From an uncultured Candidatus Saccharibacteria bacterium (GTDB lineage: Bacteria > Patescibacteriota > Minisyncoccia > Phycocordibacterales > GWA1-40-21): a stretch of DNA of 64,000 nt. Numbering within the stretch: the stretch's first letter is position 1; each line of letters opens with the position of its first letter. Below, one piece after another: positions 25,696-34,272 of this stretch. The position numbers were made by a program, and so were the translations under genes. The stretch covers positions 103 to 64,102 of the forward strand of contig CAZSCE010000001.1 in the NCBI GenBank assembly GCA_964605355.1, written 5' to 3'. The notes under the pieces were generated by a model. The model was given only the letters and a program-made list of their open reading frames with translations. It did not search any database and was not told the DNA's origin.

Positions 25696-26991
25696 TTAGC
25701 GAGCCAGCCACTCACTTTCCTGCCTGACTAGCAATTCTATAGCTGTTTCAGGCTCAGCCATCATTTCTTTCACCGCCTTCTCCATCCTGGTGGATTGGGA
25801 TCCTTTAGCAAGAATAATATCGCCTGTTTTTATAATATCTTTCAAATATTTACCTGCCTCAATAGAATTATCAAATTGTAAAACGCTATCTTCATCCAAA
25901 CCAGCATCAATAGCGCTTTCCGCCAGTGTCCTGGATCGTAAACCCACAGTTACTAATAGATCACAGGAGGTAGCGGCTATAATACCAGCTTCCTTATGAG
26001 AGGGAATGGTATGTTTACCCAGCTCCATCATATCGCCCAAAACAGCAATTTTTCTGTTTTTTGTTTTAATGTTTTTTAAAGTATCTAAGGCAGAGGCCAA
26101 GGCTACCGGTGAGGAATTATAAGTATCATCAATGATAGTAGATTTGTTTATTCCTTTTATCAGACTCATCCGGCCTTTTGGGGTACTATAACGAGAAAGG
26201 TTTTCTGTGGCCTCCACTAAATTTAAATTAAGAGTAATACCCACCGCTAAAGCCGCAAGTGAAGAGTAAATGTTATTTTGACCGAGGGTCCCAATTATTT
26301 TCACCGGTAAACAATTACCAGCATATTCCACCTTAAAATAAATACCGAATGGATCAAAGGTATCCTCTTTACTATAAATAGAGTAATTTGTAGCCCTAAC
26401 CTCTGCATCCCCCATCATACCGTAGGTTAAAATATTATTTTGAGTCTTGTTTTTAAAAGCAAATACATCAGCATCATCACTATTCAAGATAAGAGTTCCG
26501 TCATGTTTAAGAGCATCCACCAAATTCCCCTTTTCCGCTATCACTTCCTCTTTTGATTTGAAATATTCAATATGAACCGGCACGTTGGCAAACTTGGTCA
26601 CCACCACAATATCGGGTTTTAGCCACTCTGATATTTTCTTTATATCTCCCGGTCTGTCCGCACCCACCTCCAAAACCAACCATTCTGGATAAGCCTTTTT
26701 AAAAAGAATATATGATAATCCCTGCCAAAAATTTAATAGCCACTTTAGGGGGTTATTCCAGGCATTACTCACGCCCAAAATAGTTAGAGGTACACCAATA
26801 TCACTATTAAAACTTTTTTCACTTTTGCGAGTATGGAATGATTTTGATATTACCGCATAAATAGCGTCCTTGGTAGAAGTTTTACCCACACTACCAGTGA
26901 CTGCTATAATTTTAGGCCGATATTTTTTAAGAATAGCCCGTGCCTCAATCTCTAATATTTTAGCTATAATTTTTTTTAGTATACTTTTCAT
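25696..26991 (-). CDS. murF: UDP-N-acetylmuramoyl-tripeptide--D-alanyl-D-alanine ligase
   Basis: Mur ligase P-loop IIAVTGSVGKTSTKDAI. The C-terminal TIIDDTYNSSP matches the MurF-specific DDSYNANP box. It sits in dcw-cluster context after ftsI. Confidence 0.75.
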   Translation of the reverse strand: MKSILKKIIAKILEIEARAILKKYRPKIIAVTGSVGKTSTKDAIYAVISKSFHTRKSEKSFNSDIGVPLTILGVSNAWNNPLKWLLNFWQGLSYILFKKAYPEWLVLEVGADRPGDIKKISEWLKPDIVVVTKFANVPVHIEYFKSKEEVIAEKGNLVDALKHDGTLILNSDDADVFAFKNKTQNNILTYGMMGDAEVRATNYSIYSKEDTFDPFGIYFKVEYAGNCLPVKIIGTLGQNNIYSSLAALAVGITLNLNLVEATENLSRYSTPKGRMSLIKGINKSTIIDDTYNSSPVALASALDTLKNIKTKNRKIAVLGDMMELGKHTIPSHKEAGIIAATSCDLLVTVGLRSRTLAESAIDAGLDEDSVLQFDNSIEAGKYLKDIIKTGDIILAKGSQSTRMEKAVKEMMAEPETAIELLVRQESEWLAR

Positions 26992-26992
26992 T

Positions 26993-28723
26993 TTATTCTT
27001 GGGTTAAAGCCTGTCTATCCGGCGCTATATTATAATAATTGATTAAAAACTTTGTTATATCCATAAACGGCATTGTTAGGGTTTGGGAGGCAAAAGGAAC
27101 GCCTTGTGGCTCCACAGTATAAAGGAAAACTAGAAATCTGGGGTTATATGAGGGGAAATATCCAAAGAACGAGTGCAGCCATCTATCATCATAGTACCCT
27201 CCGCCCGGTTTGGCAATCTGGGCAGTACCAGTTTTAGCTGCTACAGAATAGTTTTCCATTTTTACCTTACCGTTCATCAAGGCCTTATCTACCACTACTG
27301 TAAGCATCCGTGATATTTCCTCTGAGGTTTCCTTTTTAATTACTTGCTTGGCTTCATTAATATAAGAAATATTATTAAATAATCCAGTGGAATAATTAAT
27401 TTTTTTAACAACATGAGGAATAATTAATTTACCACCATTAGCTAATATAGATAAGGCGCGCACGGTTTCTATTGGCGTTATAGAAATGCCCTGACCAAAG
27501 GAAGCAGTGGCATATTCAATATCTCTAGGGCTGTTTAAGTTTTCTAGTCTACCGTGATTTTCCCCTGGCAAATCAATTCCCGTTTCTTCAGCCAAACCAT
27601 AGTTACGCATATAATCCGCAAAATTATTTTTACCCATTTTTCTCACCACAAATGACACACCAAGGTTTAAGGATTGATTTAAGACTTCTTGCATGTTCAC
27701 CACACCATGCGGTTTCTTGTCATGATTATAAATAGTAGCAGTATCCAGAGTAAGTGAACCCGTATCATTATAGGTAGTTTCTGCCGTAACTGCTCCTGAA
27801 TCAATTCCAGCCGCCATAGTAAGAGGTTTAATAATAGAGCCCATTTCATACAAGCCTTCTACCAGGGGATCATTAAAAACGCTCAAGTCTTTTTCTTCGC
27901 CAAATTTATTTAAATTATAGGTGGGGTTAACAGCCATGGCATATATTTCACCGGTCATAGGATCAATAATAATTCCACCGCTAAGTTTTGACTTATACTG
28001 AGTAGATATTTCAGCCAGTTTCTTTTCTAAATAGCCCTGAGTGGCGGGCTCTATACTGGTGACTATATCCCCCTCTCTTTTTGAATTATCTGCAATAGTC
28101 TGCTTTATATTTGAAAATATCTCGGCAAAAAAGTTTACATATGACTTGTTACCATCCCTGGACAAAACGTCATTGTAATATTTCTCCAGTCCATATCTCC
28201 CCACCAAGTCATCTCCATCATAACCTACAAAACCTAATATATTGGCAGCGGTATTATCACCAGGATAATAACGCCAGCGCTCTTTTTCAATATTAACCCC
28301 AGCAATATTTAGGGCCTCAATTTTTTTCATTATTTCCTCTGGCACCTGATCGGCAATTTTTTGATAAACGCTTTCTTTCTGACTTACCTTTTGATAAAAA
28401 ATATCAATTTCTATTGGCAATACCGTGGAGAGTAAATTATAAGCATCCTCCGGATTAATAATTTTCTGCGGATTAATAGTAATCAAGTATCCGGTAGTTA
28501 ATGAAGCAGCACCAAGCAGTGTGCCGTCTTTATTTTGCATAAAAATACTTCCCCTATTAAAAATATTATGAGCTGGTGACACATACTGCCTATCCGCTTT
28601 ATCTACATATTCCTGACTATGAATTATTTGAACGTAGTAAAGCCTGACACATAAAACCAAAGCAAAGAACAAGAAACAGAAAAATATAAATCTTATTCTG
28701 TTCTTTTCTCCGTTAGCATTCAT
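26993..28723 (-). CDS. ftsI: penicillin-binding protein, FtsI-type transpeptidase
   Basis: N-terminal TM anchor, a dimerisation domain and a transpeptidase domain with SIIKP (SxxK) and KTGTA motifs. It lies downstream of ftsL. Confidence 0.85.
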   Translation of the reverse strand: MNANGEKNRIRFIFFCFLFFALVLCVRLYYVQIIHSQEYVDKADRQYVSPAHNIFNRGSIFMQNKDGTLLGAASLTTGYLITINPQKIINPEDAYNLLSTVLPIEIDIFYQKVSQKESVYQKIADQVPEEIMKKIEALNIAGVNIEKERWRYYPGDNTAANILGFVGYDGDDLVGRYGLEKYYNDVLSRDGNKSYVNFFAEIFSNIKQTIADNSKREGDIVTSIEPATQGYLEKKLAEISTQYKSKLSGGIIIDPMTGEIYAMAVNPTYNLNKFGEEKDLSVFNDPLVEGLYEMGSIIKPLTMAAGIDSGAVTAETTYNDTGSLTLDTATIYNHDKKPHGVVNMQEVLNQSLNLGVSFVVRKMGKNNFADYMRNYGLAEETGIDLPGENHGRLENLNSPRDIEYATASFGQGISITPIETVRALSILANGGKLIIPHVVKKINYSTGLFNNISYINEAKQVIKKETSEEISRMLTVVVDKALMNGKVKMENYSVAAKTGTAQIAKPGGGYYDDRWLHSFFGYFPSYNPRFLVFLYTVEPQGVPFASQTLTMPFMDITKFLINYYNIAPDRQALTQE

Positions 28724-28730
28724 ATATTAC

Positions 28731-29063
28731 TTAATTGTTTCCTGTAACTAGAGACAGACCGGTTGTTTTGGTATCCTTGGTCACAAACTTCTGATTAGAA
28801 ACGGCTATAAAGCCTAAATTTACTGCTAATTCTTGTGTAATACCATTCTTGGCCTTAATATAGTCAGACTCTAAATTAGCTACTTTGGAACTAAGGCTGG
28901 ATAGCTCACTCTCCATATTCTGCCTAGCTACAATATTTACTAAAGCGCCACGAAATAATAAACCGTATGAAATAACGCATAATGTAAGTATGACAAGCAG
29001 AGACCAAAAATATTTCTTATTTGGTTCACAATTATTTATTCTATTTTGTTTTCTGTTTGACAT
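28731..29063 (-). CDS. ftsL: FtsL-like cell division protein
   Basis: 110 aa, one TM helix and a short coiled coil (LESDYIKAKNGITQELAV). It sits in the mraZ-rsmH-ftsL-ftsI position. Confidence 0.5.
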   Translation of the reverse strand: MSNRKQNRINNCEPNKKYFWSLLVILTLCVISYGLLFRGALVNIVARQNMESELSSLSSKVANLESDYIKAKNGITQELAVNLGFIAVSNQKFVTKDTKTTGLSLVTGNN

Positions 29064-29065
29064 AT

Positions 29066-29962
29066 TTATATTTTTTGAATGATTCTTAATTTGGCGCTTC
29101 TGGATCTAGGGTTTCTTTTTATTTCCTCTGAACCGGCCGTGATTGGTTTTTTATTTATTAAAATGGCTTTTTTTTCCTTGCTCCAGTCTCTAAAATAATT
29201 TTTCACTATCCTGTCTTCACCGCTATGAAATGAAATGACTGACATCCGCCCAGCAGTACTTAATTTTTCGAAACCTTTGATGAGTCCGTCTCGTAGGGCA
29301 CCCAGTTCATCATTTACTGCCATCCGGATTGCCTGAAAAGTTTTGGTGGCAAAATGAATCTTTCCTCTTTTATAAACAGCTGGAACCGCCTGACTTATAA
29401 TTCCCACTAAATCTCCGGTGGTTTTGATTTCTTTTGCGGCTCTCTCCTCTACTATCTTTTTAGCAATCCTCTTGGCATAACGCTCGTCACCATAACCGTA
29501 AATGATGTCAGCCAGTGTTTCCTCACTCCAATCATTCAAAACGGTTTGCGCAGTTACTACTGGTTTCTCACTTGGTAAAGTGAAAGTCATATAAAGTGGT
29601 TCCTCATTCCGGAAAGAAAATCCGCGGCCGCTTTCATCTAACTGATTAGAACTTAATCCTAGGTCTAAAATTATTCCCTGCACTTTTTCTACTTTCTGAT
29701 CAGCTAAAACCTGATCTATATTTCTATAATCAGAAAGGGTGAGAGTGTAATTAGCCTTGAGATCTTTTAGCCTGGCCTCGGCTCTGGCAAGTGCTTCACT
29801 GTCACGGTCCACGGCAATTATTTTTACGGCCTGACCAAATGTCTGTGCTACATAAGCACTGTGCCCACCACCACCCAGGGTGCCATCAAAAACGGTATCT
29901 CCACTTTTGAGATTAAGTCCGTCTACTGTTTCTTTTAAAAGAACTGTTTCGTGCTGCATCAA
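29066..29962 (-). CDS. rsmH: 16S rRNA (cytosine1402-N4)-methyltransferase RsmH/MraW
   Basis: HETVLLKETVDGLNLKSGDTVFDGTLGGGGHSAYV is the RsmH N-terminal SAM-binding region. It follows mraZ. Confidence 0.9.
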   Translation of the reverse strand: MMQHETVLLKETVDGLNLKSGDTVFDGTLGGGGHSAYVAQTFGQAVKIIAVDRDSEALARAEARLKDLKANYTLTLSDYRNIDQVLADQKVEKVQGIILDLGLSSNQLDESGRGFSFRNEEPLYMTFTLPSEKPVVTAQTVLNDWSEETLADIIYGYGDERYAKRIAKKIVEERAAKEIKTTGDLVGIISQAVPAVYKRGKIHFATKTFQAIRMAVNDELGALRDGLIKGFEKLSTAGRMSVISFHSGEDRIVKNYFRDWSKEKKAILINKKPITAGSEEIKRNPRSRSAKLRIIQKI

Positions 29963-29968
29963 ATTTAT

Positions 29969-30403
29969 TTATATGGCGCCCGCGCTACCCAGCTTTTCTG
30001 CTAAACTATCAGCTTCTTTTTCCACCACATTCTTGTAAGCTTTCCAGGCTTCTTCATTCCAGATTTCTACGCGATCCTGCACTCCAATCAGGGCTACTTT
30101 ACCTTTTAAATTTGCACGCTCGGTCAGGAAATCCGGGACCAGCATTCTACCCAGGGCATCCACCTCTACCTCTGTGGCGCTACCAAACATGTAGCGGTTA
30201 AAACTACGATTATCAGCCTTGAGCATATTGGCCTCAGATAATTTGTCAGAAATTTTTCCCCACTGCTTCATAGTGAAAATAAAAAGACAATTGTCCAGTC
30301 CAGAAGTAATCACAATTTTCTTTCCCATTTCTTTACGAAACTTCACCGGCAAGGAGAGCCTTTTTTTATCATCTATCGTGTGAATGTATTCGCCAATTAA
30401 CAT
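29969..30403 (-). CDS. mraZ: transcriptional regulator MraZ
   Basis: MLIGEYIHTIDDKKRLSLPVKFRKEM.. plus a second DxxxR-like repeat, giving the two-fold MraZ domain. 144 aa. Confidence 0.9.
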   Translation of the reverse strand: MLIGEYIHTIDDKKRLSLPVKFRKEMGKKIVITSGLDNCLFIFTMKQWGKISDKLSEANMLKADNRSFNRYMFGSATEVEVDALGRMLVPDFLTERANLKGKVALIGVQDRVEIWNEEAWKAYKNVVEKEADSLAEKLGSAGAI

Positions 30404-30477
30404 TTTATTTTTTAAGAATTAATTTATTTAATTTTTCAAATTTAGCTTTGTGTTTTCAGTGTTTTTTCTCTCATACC

Positions 30478-30554
30478 ACTTCATCCCACTTACTTACTAT
30501 TTTATAACACTTCATCCCACTCCACAAGCCAAATATCCACTTAGTTGTGGATAA
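30478..30554 (-). promoter_or_regulatory. mraZ upstream control region: two copies of CACTTCATCCCACT plus the inverted repeat TATCCAC-N6-GTGGATA
   Basis: Read on the mraZ strand the repeats are AGTGGGATGAAGTGG, i.e. GTGGG-N5-GTGG with 10-bp periodicity. This matches the direct-repeat architecture of MraZ operators. TGTGGATAA (30546..30554) equals the DnaA-box consensus. Confidence 0.55.
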
Positions 30555-30575
30555 CTTTTCCTTTCCCAATATAAC

Positions 30576-30599
30576 AAAAAAGCCTTCTGTAAAAAGGCT
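30576..30599 (-). terminator. intrinsic terminator AGCCTT-loop-AAGGCT plus U-run (minus strand) behind the protease cassette
   Basis: 6-bp stem followed on the minus strand by TTTTTGTT. It separates the cassette from the mraZ promoter region. Confidence 0.55.
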
Positions 30600-30616
30600 C
30601 CTTTACTAGGGAATTA

Positions 30617-31015
30617 CTATCGATTCTTTAATTCAATTTCTTCCTTAAGTAGATCAAATTTAATGATAAAATTATCAAAGAACCCGTTCTGTCCAACAAG
30701 CCCAAAAGGCATAACCCTTCCTGACACATCAGGCATAAAACCGGCTTCTATTTTACATGGCCAGCCACCCACCTCAATTTCAATACTATGAAGATAGTAT
30801 GGTGATGATTTGCCCCCTACTCCCGTAACAGCCATCATCTTCCCTTTCATAATGTCTAATCCTAACGCCTCACCAATTTCTGCATCAAAAATACAAAGAT
30901 CTGCACCAGAATCTACTAATACTTCATAAACGATAGAGACGTCACCCTTTTTTAATTTTATTGGTATTACTGGGCGGAGAACGTTATTACCATAACGTTT
31001 ATAATCAAATTTCAC
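30617..31015 (-). CDS. retropepsin-like (clan AA) aspartic protease
   Basis: VLVDSGADLCIF is the hydrophobic-hydrophobic-D-S/T-G-A motif. The distal NFIIKFDLL is the retropepsin dimer-interface-type motif. 132 aa. Confidence 0.6.
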   Translation of the reverse strand: MKFDYKRYGNNVLRPVIPIKLKKGDVSIVYEVLVDSGADLCIFDAEIGEALGLDIMKGKMMAVTGVGGKSSPYYLHSIEIEVGGWPCKIEAGFMPDVSGRVMPFGLVGQNGFFDNFIIKFDLLKEEIELKNR

Positions 31016-31206
31016 AAAGAGCCAACGAAGGCCGTTAAATTTTCAGGCATTCTGGTTAAAATAGGTTTTTCATCACTTTTTTTAGTTGCCTTTAATAAGG
31101 CTTCTTTTACGGTTTTTCCCACACCAAGAACCGTCACCTCATCTGATGCTAATGCTACCCACATACCCTTGTATTTCTTATATATTTTTGACCAATCTTT
31201 TCTCAT
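31012..31206 (-). CDS. small partner protein of the aspartic protease (DUF5678-like KGxWVAL motif), leaderless
   Basis: MRKDWSKIYKKYKGMWVALASDEVTVLGVGKTVKEALLKA... It overlaps the protease gene start by 4 nt. The start is moved to the Met at 31206 because the track start (31242) lies inside the -35 box. Confidence 0.45.
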   Translation of the reverse strand: MRKDWSKIYKKYKGMWVALASDEVTVLGVGKTVKEALLKATKKSDEKPILTRMPENLTAFVGSL

Positions 31207-31212
31207 ATTTTT

Positions 31213-31242
31213 AGTATACCACTTCTCACAACGACACGTCAA
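31213..31242 (-). promoter_or_regulatory. sigma70-type promoter TTGACG-N18-TATACT ending 6 nt before the ATG (leaderless transcript)
   Basis: On the minus strand the sequence reads TTGACGtgtcgttgtgagaagtggTATACTaaaaatATG. No Shine-Dalgarno sequence is possible in the 6-nt gap. Confidence 0.55.
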
Positions 31243-31282
31243 TCGACATGGTGTATTGAGTAAATTAATTGATACTTACCAT

Positions 31283-31897
31283 TTAAACTATTTTTTTTGA
31301 AAACAAACCCCAAACTAAACTTCCATCATTAACTTCCCCAATTTTTTCAAAACCTTTCTTCTGAAAAAAATCTAAAGATTTATTATTCACTATTGGAAAC
31401 TGTAGGATATCACCTATCGCAAAATCATATCCAAGATCTCTGGCTTCAATTAAAAATTTAATTACCAATCTGACACCATAACCTTCTTTACCTGGTAAAA
31501 CCGCCACCTGTCTAATATAAACAATCTTTTCCTTTAAAAAATCACTTGGGACTTTTTCATTTAAAACTACACCTTCTTTCCATGATGACTTTTCCGCAAT
31601 CCAGGTATTCAAATGATAGCCAAGTAAATAACCAATGACTTTTTCACCATCTTTCACTACTAAAAATGTATGGTGTTCCGGATCATCAATTACTCTCTTC
31701 AATTCGTCTCTGGAGGTCTTATATATTAAAAAACCTCTCTCGGAAAGTGAAGGATCCTTGGTTAATTGATCTTTTTCAACAAATACCGTATTTTGTACAT
31801 CAATAACACCTTCAATATCTGATAATTTTGCAACCTCTGGTCTTATGAGTGCGGGGGGTTCTTGAATATTTACTGGATTGAGAGGATTTTCTTCCAT
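31283..31897 (-). CDS. GNAT-family N-acetyltransferase
   Basis: IRQVAVLPGKEGYGVRLVIKFLIEARDLGYD is the GNAT motif A (Q/RxxGxG/A). 204 aa. It lies immediately upstream of panD. Confidence 0.6.
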   Translation of the reverse strand: MEENPLNPVNIQEPPALIRPEVAKLSDIEGVIDVQNTVFVEKDQLTKDPSLSERGFLIYKTSRDELKRVIDDPEHHTFLVVKDGEKVIGYLLGYHLNTWIAEKSSWKEGVVLNEKVPSDFLKEKIVYIRQVAVLPGKEGYGVRLVIKFLIEARDLGYDFAIGDILQFPIVNNKSLDFFQKKGFEKIGEVNDGSLVWGLFSKKIV

Positions 31898-31902
31898 CTT
31901 AT

Positions 31903-32244
31903 TTATAAAAATTTTACGAATTTATTTTGTTTATCAACCAAAATCTGTTTTGGAGTAATTGGATTATCACTTAAAGCAAAAGCCATAATTATTATTTCCT
32001 CTCCTTTTTTGATTAAATGAGCCGCTGCACCATTCATGCAAATAACACCGCTACCAGAAGCGCCTTCTATAACGTAGGTTTCCAATCTTGCCCCACTAGT
32101 ATTACTGACAACCATGACTTTTTCAAAATGACTGAGTCCTACCAAGTCTATAAGGTCTTTATCAATAGTTATACTTCCAATATAAGCCAGATCTGCCTCT
32201 GTTACAGTTGCTTTGTGTATTTTTGCATTAAGAAAAATTCTCAT
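31903..32244 (-). CDS. panD: aspartate 1-decarboxylase (pyruvoyl-dependent)
   Basis: MRIFLNAKIHKATVTEADLAYIGSITID... has the GS self-cleavage site. GSGVICMNGAAAH is present. 113 aa. Confidence 0.85.
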   Translation of the reverse strand: MRIFLNAKIHKATVTEADLAYIGSITIDKDLIDLVGLSHFEKVMVVSNTSGARLETYVIEGASGSGVICMNGAAAHLIKKGEEIIIMAFALSDNPITPKQILVDKQNKFVKFL

Positions 32245-32248
32245 AATT

Positions 32249-33709
32249 TTATTTCTTAGGCTTTAAAAGTGGGAAAATTTGGCAGTCACGGACGGGTTTA
32301 TCCATAAGGAAGCTGAAAAGGCGCTCGGAAATACCAAAGCCAAAGGTGGGGGGCATACCGTGCTCTAGGGCCTCCACAAAAGAAGTGTCGTTCATCTGGG
32401 CCTCAAGATCCCCGGCCTCTCGTAATTTAGCTTGATCAGCAAAACGGCCAGCCTGATCCACTGGGTCATTTAATTCTGAGAAACCTTTACCCATTTCTGA
32501 ACCGGCTAATATTATTTGGAATCTCTCCACTAATTCTGGATTCTTTTCCACCCTCTTGGCCAAAGGCTCCATCATCACCGGCACATTTATCAAAAAACCG
32601 GGACCGGCAATCTGTTTACGGCAATATTTCCAAAGGTTATCCACCGCCCTGGTCAAGTTAAAACCGTTCTTGCTATCATACTCCACCTTTAATTCTCGTA
32701 ATTTATTTTCAACCGTTTTTAAATCAGCCTGGCCAATATCCACCCCGGTTTTATCTTTTATAATTTCCGTAAAATCATATATTTCCCACTTCTGGCCTAA
32801 ATCAATATCAAAACCTTTTATTTTAAATTTTAAAGTGTTAAAAGTTTTCTCCGCAATATATTTATACATTTCCTCGGTAAATTTCATCCCCTCTTCATAA
32901 TTTGAATAAGCCTCATAACACTCCATCTGGGTATAATCTTGCAAATGTTCGGCATCCATCCCTTCATTTCTAAAAATCCTACCAATCTCAAATACTTTGG
33001 GAAATCCGGCTACCATCAAGCGCTTTAGCCATAATTCTGGAGAGATACGTAAATAAACATCCATATCCAGGGCATTGTGATGAGTAATAAAAGGTTTGGC
33101 CTCCGCTCCACCGGTGGTGTTTTCTAAAATAGGAGTTTCTACTTCCATAAAACCTTTGTCTAACAAAAACTGACGAGTGGCGGACCAGAATTTGGACCTT
33201 TTTTCTATCATGTCTTTCACCTCGGGATTAAAAATAATATCTAAATATCTTTTGCGTAGCCTCTCTTCTTCATCCTGTAAACCATCCCATTTATCCGGCA
33301 AAGGACGCAAACTTTTGGCTAGCATTTTCCAGCCTACTACCTGTAATGTCTGCTGACCTTTCTTGGTTACAAATAATTTTCCGGTAATTTCCACAAAGTC
33401 ACCAATATCCACTGTGTTTACAAATAAATCAAAAATATCAGCCTCCATCTCATCCTTCTTCAGGAGACCCTGAAAGGTGGCCGTACCATCATTTATATTA
33501 AAGAAAATAATGGCGCCCTGTCCGCGGATAGCCATCACCCGGCCGGCCAAAATAACACTTTTCTTTTCAGTCAGTTTTTCAAAACTTTCTATTACCTCAC
33601 TCAGAAAATATTCTTTGTCAGTTTTAGCTGGAAAAGGATTCAGACCTTTCTCCTGAAGCATTTTCAGCTTATCAATCCGGATTTTTCTTATTTCATCAAT
33701 TGAAGACAT
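32249..33709 (-). CDS. lysS: lysyl-tRNA synthetase (class II)
   Basis: An N-terminal OB anticodon-binding domain and a class II core with FRNEG (motif 2) and a GxGxxR motif 3 region. 486 aa. Confidence 0.9.
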   Translation of the reverse strand: MSSIDEIRKIRIDKLKMLQEKGLNPFPAKTDKEYFLSEVIESFEKLTEKKSVILAGRVMAIRGQGAIIFFNINDGTATFQGLLKKDEMEADIFDLFVNTVDIGDFVEITGKLFVTKKGQQTLQVVGWKMLAKSLRPLPDKWDGLQDEEERLRKRYLDIIFNPEVKDMIEKRSKFWSATRQFLLDKGFMEVETPILENTTGGAEAKPFITHHNALDMDVYLRISPELWLKRLMVAGFPKVFEIGRIFRNEGMDAEHLQDYTQMECYEAYSNYEEGMKFTEEMYKYIAEKTFNTLKFKIKGFDIDLGQKWEIYDFTEIIKDKTGVDIGQADLKTVENKLRELKVEYDSKNGFNLTRAVDNLWKYCRKQIAGPGFLINVPVMMEPLAKRVEKNPELVERFQIILAGSEMGKGFSELNDPVDQAGRFADQAKLREAGDLEAQMNDTSFVEALEHGMPPTFGFGISERLFSFLMDKPVRDCQIFPLLKPKK

Positions 33710-33733
33710 TAGACAAAAATTATATCACATTTA

Positions 33734-34207
33734 TTATTCAATAGTAACCACTTTGTAAGTCATCACACCTACGGGAGAAGTAAAAGTAAATGTCTCCCCT
33801 ACTTTTTTACCTAAAATAGCGGCGCCTAATGGGCTTCTGTTTGAAAGTTTACCCTGAGCCATATCTGTTTCCTCAGAACCAACAATTTTAAATTTCTTAT
33901 GATTTTTATCACCGTGCTTTTCCACAATTACAATAGAACCAATACGCACATGCTCACCGTGAGCAGGCTCGGCTGACATAATAGTGGCGTTCTTTAACAT
34001 GGACTCCAATTTGGCAATTCTGTCCTCAATATTAGCCTGTAATTCCCTGGCCTCATGATATTCGGCATTTTCAGACAAATCACCCAAACCACGAGCATAA
34101 TCAAGGCTTTCTGCTACCTCCTTTCTCTTCACAGTCTTCAGATCCTTCAGCTCATTGTTTAGCTGTTCAAACTTCTCTTTAGTTAAATATTCTCTTTCTT
34201 CTTTCAT
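33734..34207 (-). CDS. greA: transcription elongation factor GreA
   Basis: LTKEKFEQLNNELKDLKTVKRKEVAESLDYARGLGDLSENAEYHEA is the GreA N-terminal coiled coil with the acidic tip. The C-terminal FKBP-like domain is present. Confidence 0.9.
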   Translation of the reverse strand: MKEEREYLTKEKFEQLNNELKDLKTVKRKEVAESLDYARGLGDLSENAEYHEARELQANIEDRIAKLESMLKNATIMSAEPAHGEHVRIGSIVIVEKHGDKNHKKFKIVGSEETDMAQGKLSNRSPLGAAILGKKVGETFTFTSPVGVMTYKVVTIE

Positions 34208-34272
34208 TTTAATTTAATGATTAATAAGCTGATATTAACTGGTATCCTAGCATATTTTGCCCAAAAAACAAA

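Noticed and set aside
31207-31242. Track start of the small protease-partner ORF at 31242 (MTCRCEKWYTKN...)
   Set aside because: The extension coincides with the -35 hexamer and spacer of the cassette promoter. Translation most plausibly starts at the Met at 31206 on a leaderless transcript.
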